Assembly: GCA_965222615.1 (NCBI GenBank)
Contig: CBDCUI010000007.1
Span: 608,001-672,000, forward strand
Origin: Gammaproteobacteria bacterium
GTDB taxonomy: Bacteria; Pseudomonadota; Gammaproteobacteria; UBA4575
Direction: 5' to 3'
DNA: 64,000 bases
This document shows, piece by piece, positions 39,766 through 51,093 of this stretch. Position 1 is the first letter of the stretch. Each line of letters begins with the position of its first letter. The notes below the pieces were generated by a model. That model was not told the origin of the DNA. It searched no databases and was given only the letters and a program-made list of their open reading frames with translations. Both the position numbers and the translations under genes were made by a program.

Positions 39766-40239
39766 TTAAACCGTACCGGTGTGGCCAAAGCCACCAGCAC
39801 CACGGTCTGTTGCGGTAAATTCTTTTACAATTTCAAATTCAGTTTGAATAATCGGAACCAGTACTAATTGTGCGATACGATCACCCACGTTTACTTGATA
39901 TTCCTTATTACTACGATTCCAAAGTGATACCATCAACGGTCCTTGGTAATCAGAATCAATTAGACCAACCAAATTACCTAACACGATGCCATGTTTATGG
40001 CCTAAACCAGAACGCGGCAAAATAGTGGCAGCTAAACCAGAGTCTTGAATATAGATGGAAATCCCTGTAGGGATTAATACGGTTTCACCAGGGGCGATTT
40101 GTAACGGTTCTTCTACACAGGCGCGCAAATCCATTCCTGCTGAACCTGCTGTTGCATAGGTAGGGAGAGGAATTTCTTTGCCAATTCGGCTATCTAGGAT
40201 TTTGACTTCTGTCTTTGATATTTTTAAGGATTGTGACAT
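39766..40239 (-). CDS. dut: dUTPase
   Basis: [32 protein letters not shown]; start uncertain (40239 or 40263). Confidence 0.96.
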   Translation of the reverse strand: MSQSLKISKTEVKILDSRIGKEIPLPTYATAGSAGMDLRACVEEPLQIAPGETVLIPTGISIYIQDSGLAATILPRSGLGHKHGIVLGNLVGLIDSDYQGPLMVSLWNRSNKEYQVNVGDRIAQLVLVPIIQTEFEIVKEFTATDRGAGGFGHTGTV

Positions 40240-41449
40240 TGCTTCTTTTTTGTGTGCTGGCATAACGCTCAGCGACTAGAGTTATTAATTTGCGTGCGAT
40301 TTTAGTTTTTTTATCACGCTCAAGCGAGCAATGTCCACCTGACCAATAAACTTCAAGCGCATTTTCTTCACTGTCAAACCCAACAAGCGGGTCGGCTACA
40401 TTGTTGCCAGCGATCATGTCGAGTCGTTTGTTGTTTAATTTTTGTAAGGCGTACTTCTCCAGCTCTCGTGTTTCGGCAGCAAAACCGACTACATAAGGCT
40501 TATTTTTACGTTTGGTTACTTCGGCAACGATATCAGGATTTCGTACTAAAGTAAGCGATAAGTCGCTATGTAGTTTCTTGATTTTCTCTGTTTGTTTGGC
40601 TACTGGGCGATAGTCGGCAACTGCTGCACAACTGATAAAGATCTGTTGTTCTTCAATATGTTGCTCTACAGCACTTAACATTTCCAATGCAGTGGTGACA
40701 CTAATAGATTGGACATCCTCCGGTGTTTGCAAAGTAACCGGTCCAGCAATCAACTGTACCTTGGCGCCTGCATCACGTGCGGCCTCGGCTAGCGCAAAAC
40801 CCATACGACCCGAGCTGCGATTGCTTATATAGCGTACCGGATCGATCGACTCACGTGTTGGTCCCGCAGTGATCAATACGTTTAATCCGGTTAATTCTCC
40901 AGTGCTGAATAAATTAGATAAAGAAAGTAATAATTGTCCGGGTTCAAACATGCGGCCTTCACCGACATCTCCACAAGCTTGTTTTCCCGTACCCGGCCCA
41001 AATATCATCACGCCACGTTTTTCTAAGGTCTCACAGTTATCTTGAGTTGCCGTATTTGTCCACATTGCTTGATTCATAGCCGGCGCGATTGCGATAGGTG
41101 CTGTTGTGGCTAAACAAACCGTGCTGAGTAAATCATCTGCGCGACCGTGGGCAAGTTTCGCTATGGTATTGGCACTGGCAGGGGCTATTAACACCGCATC
41201 TGCCCAGCGGCCCAATGCGATATGATCCATCCCATTGTTAGCTTGGGTAGCAGAAAATTCATCACTTGCTACGGGGTTTCCTGATAATGCTTGAAAGGTA
41301 AGCGGAGTAATAAATTCATGTGCAGAACGTGTCATGACGACACGTACGCGACTGCCGGCCTTAGTTAGCTCTCGTACTAACTCGGCACTTTTATAAGCAG
41401 CGATACCACCGGTAATTCCTAGTAATATATTTTTGTTGGCTAATGACAT
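40190..41449 (-). CDS. coaBC: Phosphopantothenoylcysteine decarboxylase/ligase
   Basis: [41 protein letters not shown]. Confidence 0.98.
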   Translation of the reverse strand: MSLANKNILLGITGGIAAYKSAELVRELTKAGSRVRVVMTRSAHEFITPLTFQALSGNPVASDEFSATQANNGMDHIALGRWADAVLIAPASANTIAKLAHGRADDLLSTVCLATTAPIAIAPAMNQAMWTNTATQDNCETLEKRGVMIFGPGTGKQACGDVGEGRMFEPGQLLLSLSNLFSTGELTGLNVLITAGPTRESIDPVRYISNRSSGRMGFALAEAARDAGAKVQLIAGPVTLQTPEDVQSISVTTALEMLSAVEQHIEEQQIFISCAAVADYRPVAKQTEKIKKLHSDLSLTLVRNPDIVAEVTKRKNKPYVVGFAAETRELEKYALQKLNNKRLDMIAGNNVADPLVGFDSEENALEVYWSGGHCSLERDKKTKIARKLITLVAERYASTQKRSNVTILKNIKDRSQNPR

Positions 41450-41580
41450 GGGCTCAAGTCTAGCAAATTCCAGTCTGCTAGTGGTTAAATTTCAACCACA
41501 TTTTACCAACCATAATATAGCCTTTGGTCCTAAGTACGTTAGACTATTTCAAGCCAATACATAAACCTCGGTAAAAATAA

Positions 41581-42252
41581 ATGGCGATATCAGACTGGCC
41601 TGCATCAGAGCGACCGCGGGACCGACTACTTCAAAGTGGAGCCAGCTCTTTGTCTGATGCAGAGCTGCTGGCAATCTTTTTACGCACTGGTGTTAAAGGC
41701 AAATCGGCAGTTGATTTGGCACGTGAATTATTGAATGAATTTGGTGGTTTACGCCAATTGCTATGTGCAGATGTGAGTTCATTTTGTCAGGCTAAGGGCC
41801 TAGGGCAAGCAAAATATGTGCAACTACAAGCTTGTCTAGAGATGTCACGTAGGTTTTTACAGGAATCTTTAGACCGCGAAGGTCCTCTCACCAATCCTGA
41901 TGATGCTAAGCAATTTTTGTTGTTACAGATGCGAGATTACAGCAAAGAAGTTTTTGCTTGCTTATATCTGGATACAAAAAACCGTGTTATCCAATTTGAA
42001 CAGCTATTTACCGGTACGTTATATAGTGCAGAAGTTCACCCGCGTGAAGTGGTAAAGCGTGCACTTGAAAAAAATGCGCATGCAATTATTTTTGCACATA
42101 ATCACCCTTCTGGTGATGCAAACCCTAGTCAAGTCGATATCGACTTAACCAAAACTTTAACTGAAGCTCTGCAATTAATCGACGTAAAGGTTTTAGATCA
42201 TTTAATTGTTGGAGATACTGTACAGTCGCTGGCAGAACTTGGCTACCTATAA
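41581..42252 (+). CDS. radC: RadC/JAB domain protein
   Basis: [31 protein letters not shown]. Confidence 0.96.
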   Translation: MAISDWPASERPRDRLLQSGASSLSDAELLAIFLRTGVKGKSAVDLARELLNEFGGLRQLLCADVSSFCQAKGLGQAKYVQLQACLEMSRRFLQESLDREGPLTNPDDAKQFLLLQMRDYSKEVFACLYLDTKNRVIQFEQLFTGTLYSAEVHPREVVKRALEKNAHAIIFAHNHPSGDANPSQVDIDLTKTLTEALQLIDVKVLDHLIVGDTVQSLAELGYL

Positions 42253-42316
42253 GCTACTCAAAATGCATCTAGTTCACTGATATTTCGTTGTGAGCTAGCT
42301 ACTGCTTTTGAATAGC
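42253..42316. repeat. Imperfect inverted repeat between convergent radC and mscL
   Basis: GCTACTCAAAA/TTTTGAATAGC outer and CTAGTTCAC/GTGAGCTAG inner arms; left arm recurs at 47061-47084. Confidence 0.55.
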
Positions 42317-42372
42317 CCATAGATATCAAGTAGTGAAGTGATCAGTATTTATTGTTTAAGTAAAAATAATAC

Positions 42373-42783
42373 TTATTTTTTTAGGCTATCGCGAATTTCG
42401 CGTAGTAATACGATATCTTCTGGTGGTTTAGCAGGGGCCTCTTCTTCTTTTCTTTTCATGCTATTGATTGCTTTGATAATTAAAAAAATCACAAAGGCGA
42501 TGATTAAGAAATTTATAAATGCTTGTATGAATGCGCCATAGCCAAACACTGGTGCCCCAGCTTCTTTGGCTGCAGCTAATGTCGAATAGTCACCTTCACC
42601 CAGATTTATAAATAGGTTGCTAAAGTCAATTCCGCCAGTAAATAAACCTATGATGGGCATTAACAAGTCATCAACCATAGAGCCTACAACTGCCGATACT
42701 GCAGCACCAATAATGATACCCGTAGCCATGTCCATCATGTTTCCTTTAAGGGCAAATTCTTTAAATTCACTGATCATACTCAT
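42373..42783 (-). CDS. mscL: Large-conductance mechanosensitive channel
   Basis: [28 protein letters not shown]. Confidence 0.97.
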   Translation of the reverse strand: MSMISEFKEFALKGNMMDMATGIIIGAAVSAVVGSMVDDLLMPIIGLFTGGIDFSNLFINLGEGDYSTLAAAKEAGAPVFGYGAFIQAFINFLIIAFVIFLIIKAINSMKRKEEEAPAKPPEDIVLLREIRDSLKK

Positions 42784-42860
42784 TACTTATTGTCCTCCTC
42801 TATCAAGTAGTTATTAATGTTCATTAAAACCTTATGCAAGTAAGTGATATCAGATTGCCA

Positions 42861-44012
42861 CTACTTACAATATTTATTCATTGTTTGATTCAGTGCAGCG
42901 ACTAAGCGCTCTACATGGGCCTCATTGTGAGTTGCTGAAAAACTAATGCGCAAACGCGCGGTACCTTCCTTTACTGTTGGAGGACGTATTGCCGAAACCA
43001 AAATTCCTTTAGCAAGCAAAGCTTCACTTACCTTAATGGCAAGTTCGGCTGTACCAATAATAATGGGCTGTATGGGCGTAGATGAAGCACTTAAAGCAAT
43101 ACTAGATTGCTCACACAGTTCTCTAAAGTGTTTGACTAATGTTACTAATTTCTCTCGACGCCAAGACTCATTATATATAAGTTGTAAGCTTACACGCGTG
43201 GCCTCGGCCAAAGATGGCGGAAGTGCTGTGGTGTAGATATAAGTTCGAGCACGTTGGATCAACCATTCAACAGTATCTTGATTTGCTGCCACAAAGGCAC
43301 CGAAGGTACCAAACGCTTTACCTAAAGTCCCAATTAAAATGGTCTCCGGTTTCAATAAGCCTTCCGTACAGCCTTTACCTTTATCGCCCAGTACACCAAT
43401 ACCGTGGGCATCATCTATCACAAGCGTTGCATCGTACTGCTTTGAGACGGATTGTAATTTATTTACCGGGGCTACGGTGCCATCCATACTAAATACACCA
43501 TCGCTTAAAATTAACTTTGGCTTATTTTTTGCAGCCAATATTTTTTTATCGAGTTCATCGATATGCAAATGTTTGTAGCGAAACACACGTGCTCGTGAAA
43601 GAACCCCAGCATCTATCAAAGATGCATGGTTTAAGCGGTCTTGAAAGATAACAGTATTTCGGTCAGCAAGTGCGTTTACCACACCAAGATTAGCCATGTA
43701 CCCAGTTGAAAAAAGCAATGTCTTTTCACAGCCAATAAAATCTGCTAACTCTTCTTCTAATAAGTAATGACTATGATGATGACCGGTAATCAAGTGAGAT
43801 GCACCGGAACCAACACCATAGTTATTTGCACCCTTGATTAGTGCTGCAATTATTTTTGGGTGATTGGCTAGTCCAAGGTAGTCGTTACTACAAAAAGATA
43901 AAACTTTTTGTCCGTTTATTATTGGTTCGATGTGTTGCGCTTCAGAATTAATATTACGCAAACGAAACAAATGTTCCTTTCGCAATTTATCTAGCTTGAA
44001 TGCTAGATCCAT
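42861..44012 (-). CDS. bioF: 8-amino-7-oxononanoate synthase
   Basis: SNDYLGL, DRLNHASL, DDAHG, TLGKAFG. Confidence 0.96.
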   Translation of the reverse strand: MDLAFKLDKLRKEHLFRLRNINSEAQHIEPIINGQKVLSFCSNDYLGLANHPKIIAALIKGANNYGVGSGASHLITGHHHSHYLLEEELADFIGCEKTLLFSTGYMANLGVVNALADRNTVIFQDRLNHASLIDAGVLSRARVFRYKHLHIDELDKKILAAKNKPKLILSDGVFSMDGTVAPVNKLQSVSKQYDATLVIDDAHGIGVLGDKGKGCTEGLLKPETILIGTLGKAFGTFGAFVAANQDTVEWLIQRARTYIYTTALPPSLAEATRVSLQLIYNESWRREKLVTLVKHFRELCEQSSIALSASSTPIQPIIIGTAELAIKVSEALLAKGILVSAIRPPTVKEGTARLRISFSATHNEAHVERLVAALNQTMNKYCK

Positions 44013-44034
44013 AATTGAAATAGATAGTTAAGAA

Positions 44035-45018
44035 TTAATTAACGCGAACAGATTGCTCTGTTGCAAGCTGGTCTGCTTGAATACCAAGCTTATTAAACAA
44101 ATTTTTGTCTTTATTCATGGCAGGATTTTTGGTTGTTAGTAAGGTCTCTCCATAGAAAATAGAATTTGCTCCTGCAAAAAAGCATAAGGCTTGAGTTTGA
44201 TCATTCATCGCTTCACGCCCTGCCGATAAACGCACATAGGATGCAGGCATCATTATTCTTGCCACGGCAATAGTGCGGATAAACTCAAATGGATCAAGTT
44301 CATTCAACCCATATAATGGTGTACCCTTGATTTGCACCAACATATTAATCGGTACCGACTCAGGATGTTTAGGTAAACACGCAAGCTGTTGTAATAAACC
44401 GGCTCGGTCGTTACGTGATTCACCCATACCGAGTATCCCACCACAACAGACATTAATACCTGCCTCACGTACATACTCTAAAGTTTCAAGTCGGTCTTCA
44501 TAAGTACGTGTGGTAATTACACTGCCGTAGAATTCTGGCGAAGTGTCAAGATTGTGGTTGTAGTAATCTAGTCCAGCTTGTTTGAGTCGTTGCGCTTGAG
44601 GTTGGGTAAGCATACCTAGGGTAACACAGGTTTCTAGACCAATCTGTTTAACTGCCTCGACCATATCAATTACGTGTTGTAGATTTTTATCGCTAGGATT
44701 ACGCCAGGCCGCGCCCATACAAAATCTGGATGCACCATTGGCCTTGGCAGCTAAGGCACTTGCTTTAACTTCAGTAAGTGATAATAAACGCTCAGGCTCA
44801 ATATCGGTGTCATAATGACCGCTTTGAGGGCAGTAGGCGCAATCTTCAGAACAAGACCCGGTTTTAATAGATAATAATGTGCTTATTTGCACTTTGTTGG
44901 GGTCATGGTGTGTTCGAAATACCGAATGCGCTTGAAACAAAAGATCGTTAAATGGCAAATTATAAAGCTGTTGTACTTCTTGTAGTTGCCAATCATGCCG
45001 AAGCGGTACTTTTTGCAT
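44035..45018 (-). CDS. bioB: Biotin synthase
   Basis: [11 protein letters not shown] radical-SAM motif, YNHNLD, PESVPIN. Confidence 0.98.
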   Translation of the reverse strand: MQKVPLRHDWQLQEVQQLYNLPFNDLLFQAHSVFRTHHDPNKVQISTLLSIKTGSCSEDCAYCPQSGHYDTDIEPERLLSLTEVKASALAAKANGASRFCMGAAWRNPSDKNLQHVIDMVEAVKQIGLETCVTLGMLTQPQAQRLKQAGLDYYNHNLDTSPEFYGSVITTRTYEDRLETLEYVREAGINVCCGGILGMGESRNDRAGLLQQLACLPKHPESVPINMLVQIKGTPLYGLNELDPFEFIRTIAVARIMMPASYVRLSAGREAMNDQTQALCFFAGANSIFYGETLLTTKNPAMNKDKNLFNKLGIQADQLATEQSVRVN

Positions 45019-45057
45019 AGTATTGAAATAAGAAAAAGTTTATAAGCAGGAAATGCA

Positions 45058-45085
45058 AGTCTAGTCCTTTGTAGGGTACTGTCAA
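45058..45085 (-). promoter_or_regulatory. Putative bioB promoter
   Basis: TTGACA-16 bp-TAGACT on the minus strand. Confidence 0.5.
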
Positions 45086-45088
45086 CTT

Positions 45089-45832
45089 ATGCGCGCAACG
45101 ATCCATACAATATTAGGAAAAGCAGGTTCTATTTTGTATCCTCACATTTGTCTTAATTGTGGGGCTGCCGGTGAAGATGGTATCGATTTTTGTTCTCGCT
45201 GTTATCAAAATTTGCCATGGATAGAATTTGCGTGTAAGCGTTGCGCATTACCATTAGCCACTGAAAGTGCATCGATTTGCGGTGCATGCAGTAATCGCAA
45301 AATTTATTTTGATCAGGCGTTTGTACCTTTGTTATTTGACGAATTTGTGCGTGATGCAATTCATCAGTTTAAATTTAACCATAAGTTAAACTATGGCAAG
45401 TTATTAGCCACCCTTCTGCTCCGACAAATTTTGCTACATCAATTAACGCTGCCAGATGTATTGATTCCAGTACCGTTACATCGAAATAGAATTCGCAACA
45501 GGGGGTTTAATCAAGCATTGGAAATTGCTCGAATACTGAATAAGCAAATTGGTAGCACGATTAATAAAAAAAATATTCGTCGCGTAAGGTCTACACATGC
45601 ACAAATGGACTTACCTGCAGCAAAACGGCAGGCAAATGTAAAAAATGCATTTCAATTGCTTACAACAGATTCTAGCCTTAAAGGGAAACACGTTGTGATT
45701 ATTGATGATGTAATGACAACAGGAAGTACAGTAAATGAAGTTGCAAAGTGTTTAAAGAAAGCACAAGCAAGGCAGATAGACGTATGGTGCATTGCACGGG
45801 TGAGCACAGGGAAGACACTTGCGTGTGGGTAG
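45089..45832 (+). CDS. comF: ComF family double zinc ribbon/PRTase protein
   Basis: CxxC pairs, PVPLH, RGFNQA, IIDDVMTTGST. Confidence 0.93.
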   Translation: MRATIHTILGKAGSILYPHICLNCGAAGEDGIDFCSRCYQNLPWIEFACKRCALPLATESASICGACSNRKIYFDQAFVPLLFDEFVRDAIHQFKFNHKLNYGKLLATLLLRQILLHQLTLPDVLIPVPLHRNRIRNRGFNQALEIARILNKQIGSTINKKNIRRVRSTHAQMDLPAAKRQANVKNAFQLLTTDSSLKGKHVVIIDDVMTTGSTVNEVAKCLKKAQARQIDVWCIARVSTGKTLACG

Positions 45833-46175
45833 TACACGCAAATGAATCGTCGCGAAGCGACACCAATATATTTTTAAGTTGCATCAAGGATGATGCAACA
45901 GATTAAAGTCAGGGGAAATAGAAACAACAACGACACTGGACTGCCACGCAAGCTGTCGCTTGCTCGCAGTGACAGTTGTTCTTGTCTTTGCGAGCCAACT
46001 TTAGTTGGCGAAGCAATCTAGTAAGTACAGGGAAAACACTTGCGTGTGGGACACGTGCGCATGGGTATTATGCGCAAATGAATAGTGACGAAGTCACACA
46101 AACTGATTGAGAGTCGCAAATGAATCGTCGCGAAGCGACATCAATACTTTTTAAGTTGCATCAAGGATGATGCAA
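45803..46175. repeat. Composite repeat cluster between comF and ompW
   Basis: 27-bp direct repeat (45803-45829/46024-46050), ~61-bp direct repeat (45837-45898/46115-46175), central palindrome 45935-46022. Confidence 0.85.
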
Positions 46176-46183
46176 TAGGCAAC

Positions 46184-46846
46184 TCAGAATTTTCTACCTA
46201 TACCAGCAAAAAATACCCACGGATCGATGTCAATATCGACATCGCGGTCCACACCACCAGTAGTTAATGTGGCATCGGCATCAATGTCTGCATACCAAAT
46301 TGCTGCATTTAAAAACCACTTGTCACCCATAGAGAAATCTGCTCCTGCTTGTGCAGCTAATCCCCATGAGTCGTCCACGTCTAAACGAGTACTTCCCCCT
46401 AGAGCGGCTTCAAGAGTTGATGAAACATCTTCATCGGGAAAATGAGTATAGTTTATCCCTATCCCGACATAGGGGTGTACACGAGCAGAGCCGGTAAAGT
46501 GGTACTGCAGAGATAAAGTTGGAGGGAAGACATCTACGTCAGCAATTTTACCTAGTGCACCGATCGCGTCTTTACCTTTCAAATCATGGTTAGATGGGGT
46601 CACCCCTAATAATTCAATGGCAAATTTTGAAGTAAGCATATAACCGATGGTGAATCCTAAAGTAACATCATTGTCTACACCAACTTCAGAATTTGGTATG
46701 CCATCTACATCATTACTACTATCGTTTGGCTCAATTAATGCTGGGCCAACTCTAGCAAACCAAGTTCCTTTATCATAAGCAAAACTAGAAGGTACAAAAA
46801 ACACTAGCAATAGAATTGCTAATACCGTATAGATCCTTATGCACAT
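46184..46846 (-). CDS. ompW: OmpW family outer membrane protein
   Basis: PPTLSLQYHF, PYVGIGINYT, IDPWV, terminal Phe. Confidence 0.93.
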   Translation of the reverse strand: MCIRIYTVLAILLLVFFVPSSFAYDKGTWFARVGPALIEPNDSSNDVDGIPNSEVGVDNDVTLGFTIGYMLTSKFAIELLGVTPSNHDLKGKDAIGALGKIADVDVFPPTLSLQYHFTGSARVHPYVGIGINYTHFPDEDVSSTLEAALGGSTRLDVDDSWGLAAQAGADFSMGDKWFLNAAIWYADIDADATLTTGGVDRDVDIDIDPWVFFAGIGRKF

Positions 46847-46976
46847 GACTAGAAGTCCTTTAATAATATTTATTATTATGGTTTACATAAGCACAGTTAC
46901 ACCTGTGTTATGTCGATTGAAATAACTTCATCACCTTACTGTCTATTCAAGCTAACAAATTTACTTAAGCGCATTA

Positions 46977-47032
46977 CTGATACAAATCAGATAAGAATAG
47001 TTTTATTTAAGTGGGTAACTGATGTAAATCAG
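46977..47032 (-). promoter_or_regulatory. Tandem FNR/CRP-family-like boxes upstream of ompW
   Basis: CTGATACAAATCAG (46977-46990) and CTGATGTAAATCAG (47019-47032); -10 TAGCTT at 46949-46954. Confidence 0.65.
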
Positions 47033-47192
47033 ATTAAGAGTGGTTTTATCTAGAACCTATCTCAAAATGCATCTAACTCGCTGAATATTTTTTAAAAACT
47101 TAAACCTTCATTTGAATTGTCAAGCAAAAGAAAGAAGTAATTACTATATTCAGCAAAATAAAAAATATTTTTTGTCTTATTAAAATAGATAA

Positions 47193-48095
47193 TTAATTGT
47201 GGTGGGCAATCCAATAGTGTAAAAAAATCCCTATAAAAATTACTAAACCAAAGTACTGATTATTTAAAAATGCGTATAAGCATCGATCTGCAAAACGATG
47301 TTTAATGAGAATTTGTTGAAAGATAAATAGGCCTGCCCCGACGGCAATTGCAGCATAATAAACCCAACTCATATTAGTATTAATACCGATCAGTATCAGA
47401 CAGACTAAGACTAAAAATTGCATAAACCCGATGGCTATTTTATCCATTGGACCCAGTAATATAGCGGTAGATTTAACTCCAATTTTCAAATCTTCTTCAC
47501 GGTCTGCCATGGCATAAATCGTGTCATATGCGGTGGTCCACAACACTGCAGTAGTAAAAAGTAACCATGCTATGGGTGGGGGGTAGGTGTTACTAGTTGC
47601 CGTAAATGCCATGGGAATAGACCAGGCAAAGGCGATTCCTAGGTGTACTTGTGGGAGAAAGTGCAAACGCTTCATAAATGGATAAGTCGCTGCAAGTAGT
47701 GCACCGGCAATCGCAAAATATACTGTTAGGCGATTTAAAAAAATGACTACCAATAAAAATGCCATCAATACAAGAACTGCAAATACGATTATGGCTTCAA
47801 TCGGTTGTATTGCTCCACTTGCAACGGGTCGCTGCTGTGTACGTGCAACAAATGGGTCAATATGGCGATCGGCATAATCATTGATGGCACAACCGGCAGA
47901 ACGCATTAATACAACCCCCAGCACGAAGACAATCAGTAACGAAAGCTGGGGAATTCCTTCTGCGGCAATAAATAAGGCCCATAAAGTTGGCCACAATAGT
48001 AGAAAGATACCTATGGGTTTGTCTAGACGTATTAAGCTTGCGTATAAAGCTAAGCGGCTTTCACTCGAAATAGATGATTTTGGTACTTGAATCAT
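47193..48095 (-). CDS. ubiA: 4-hydroxybenzoate octaprenyltransferase
   Basis: RLDKPIG, GCAINDYADR, YDTIYAMADREED. Confidence 0.97.
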   Translation of the reverse strand: MIQVPKSSISSESRLALYASLIRLDKPIGIFLLLWPTLWALFIAAEGIPQLSLLIVFVLGVVLMRSAGCAINDYADRHIDPFVARTQQRPVASGAIQPIEAIIVFAVLVLMAFLLVVIFLNRLTVYFAIAGALLAATYPFMKRLHFLPQVHLGIAFAWSIPMAFTATSNTYPPPIAWLLFTTAVLWTTAYDTIYAMADREEDLKIGVKSTAILLGPMDKIAIGFMQFLVLVCLILIGINTNMSWVYYAAIAVGAGLFIFQQILIKHRFADRCLYAFLNNQYFGLVIFIGIFLHYWIAHHN

Positions 48096-48940
48096 GTTTT
48101 AGTTGATGGCCGAAAGTAGTTTAATGCCATCGTTGTATCTGGGCGTTTGCCACGCCATAGATAAAATGATTCTGCAGCTTGTTCTAATAACATACCAAAG
48201 CCGTCTACTACTTTTTCTGCACCACAGGCTTTACTCCACTGCATAAAAGCTGTGTCGTTATCGCTATATACAAGATCGTAGCAACACGTTTGAGGGGAAA
48301 TTATTTCAGAAGGTAATTGCAATTCACTACTGTGTAATGCTGCCGAGGTAGCATGGATGACCAAATCAAATGGTCGTGTCGGTATTTGGTCGATTGCACA
48401 TGGTTGAATTTTACCGATGCTCTTAAAGTTTTCTGCTAATAATTGCGCTTTGTGCAAGGTGCGATTCGCAATAATAAGTTCCGCAGGGTTTTCTTTTAAT
48501 AGTGGTTCAACGATACCTTGTGTTGCACCGCCAGCACCGATAATTAGAATGTCTTTGTTTAATAATTGTAGGTGTATTGTTTTTTTTAAATCACGTAATA
48601 AACCAATTCCGTCCGTATTAGCGCCAAGATACCTGCCGTTTTCTTGTAAGATAATAGTATTTACCGCACCTGCATGTTTGGCATACTCAGTATGTTCATC
48701 CACAAACTTAAATGCGTCGGTTTTAAAAGGCACGGTTACATTTAAACCCTTGCCACCGCTGTTAAAAAATTCAGTTGCTACTTCTGTAAAGCTGTTTTCT
48801 TCAGCGAATATTTTTTCATAATGAATATGCTCGCCGGTTTGATCTGCAAATAAGTGATGTATTTCAGGTGATTTACTATGCGTGATGGGATTGCCAATCA
48901 CTGCATAACGATCAGGTGTTTTATTAATTTTTTTTTGCAT
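48092..48940 (-). CDS. aroE: Shikimate dehydrogenase
   Basis: HSKSPEIH, NVTVPFK, NTDG, GAGGA, MLLEQA. Confidence 0.97.
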   Translation of the reverse strand: MQKKINKTPDRYAVIGNPITHSKSPEIHHLFADQTGEHIHYEKIFAEENSFTEVATEFFNSGGKGLNVTVPFKTDAFKFVDEHTEYAKHAGAVNTIILQENGRYLGANTDGIGLLRDLKKTIHLQLLNKDILIIGAGGATQGIVEPLLKENPAELIIANRTLHKAQLLAENFKSIGKIQPCAIDQIPTRPFDLVIHATSAALHSSELQLPSEIISPQTCCYDLVYSDNDTAFMQWSKACGAEKVVDGFGMLLEQAAESFYLWRGKRPDTTMALNYFRPSTKT

Positions 48941-49048
48941 CGAATTTTGTGCTTCATTGACACATGCGGTAGCTGCAGTATTAAATACGATGAGTATATG
49001 GGAGGTAAAAATATCTAAAGCTGAAAGTATGCAATATGTTTAATAAAG

Positions 49049-50053
<1,005 letters not shown>

Positions 50054-50178
50054 TTAATACGATTATTTTGTAACAGGTACTAGGTAACTAGCGATATTAT
50101 CAAAGCTGACGCATGAATAATGAGTGGATGACTAAGTTGACCAAGATTATGAGTTTAACGGTCAGAAAGCCATGCTAT

Positions 50179-51087
50179 TTACGTCAGCCAATCACGAACT
50201 GGTAGAAATTCCGTGTACAATTTCTCTTCTTCGCTGCCTGGTTCAGGTTGCCAGTTGTATTGCCAACGCACCTGGGGTGGTAATGACATCAATATAGACT
50301 CGGTGCGGCCACCTGATTGTAGGCCGAATAAAGTACCGCGATCATATACCAAATTGAACTCGACATAACGCCCACGGCGGTACAATTGAAAACCGCGTTC
50401 ACGTTCACTATAAGGTAAATCTTTGCGACGTTCGACAATGGGCAAGTAGGCCTCTAGAAAATGATCACCGACGCTTTTGATTAACTGAAAATCTTTTTCA
50501 AAGTCACCAGTGCAATAATCATCAAAAAATAAGCCACCGATACCGCGCGCTTCATTACGATGTTTTAAAAAGAAATACTCATCACACCACTGTTTAAATT
50601 TTGCATACAGGTTTTCATCAACAACATCACAGGCCTGTTTAGCAATTTGGTGCCAAAACACTGCATCTTCTTCAAAGCCGTAATAAGGAGTTAGATCAAA
50701 TCCACCCCCAAACCACCATGCTGCAGGTTCGTTTTCTTTTTCAGCGATGAAAAAGCGTACATTACAATGTGTGGTGGGCACATAAGGATTGGTTGGATGA
50801 AAGACTAACGATACCCCCATTGCTTGAAAGTTACGTCCCGCGAGTTCCGGACGTTGACTAGTTGCGGAAGGCGGAAGTTGCTCACCATAGACATGCGAAA
50901 GACCGATTCCTGCTTGCTCAAATATCCCTCCATTTTGAAGAATACGCGTTCTCCCGCCACCACCTTCAGGGCGTTGCCACATATCCGTTTGAAACTTTGC
51001 AATCTTATCGACAGTTTCTAATTGTTCGCAGATATGATCTTGCAAGCTATGCAAGTATTTTAGAATTTCATCAATATTTCGTGTCAT
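50179..51087 (-). CDS. hemF: Oxygen-dependent coproporphyrinogen III oxidase
   Basis: [27 protein letters not shown]. Confidence 0.98.
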   Translation of the reverse strand: MTRNIDEILKYLHSLQDHICEQLETVDKIAKFQTDMWQRPEGGGGRTRILQNGGIFEQAGIGLSHVYGEQLPPSATSQRPELAGRNFQAMGVSLVFHPTNPYVPTTHCNVRFFIAEKENEPAAWWFGGGFDLTPYYGFEEDAVFWHQIAKQACDVVDENLYAKFKQWCDEYFFLKHRNEARGIGGLFFDDYCTGDFEKDFQLIKSVGDHFLEAYLPIVERRKDLPYSERERGFQLYRRGRYVEFNLVYDRGTLFGLQSGGRTESILMSLPPQVRWQYNWQPEPGSEEEKLYTEFLPVRDWLT

Positions 51088-51093
51088 ATCTCT

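Noticed and set aside
41581-42252. radC as a marker of a mobile or anti-defence element
   Set aside because: Full-length chromosomal type, divergent from coaBC in its usual position; no integrase nearby
45019-45088. BirA operator upstream of bioB
   Set aside because: AAGTTTATA/TGTCAACTT half-site-like sequences have the wrong orientation and spacing for the canonical operator
45803-45850. Resemblance of GCACAGGGAAGAC..GGG..ACGCAAA to the c-di-GMP-I riboswitch
   Set aside because: Lacks GGCAAAC, the GNRA tetraloop and the second stem; lies at a gene 3' end between convergent genes and is part of a repeat
45803-46175. CRISPR array
   Set aside because: Only 2-3 copies of different modules with irregular spacing, no unique spacers of constant length, no cas genes
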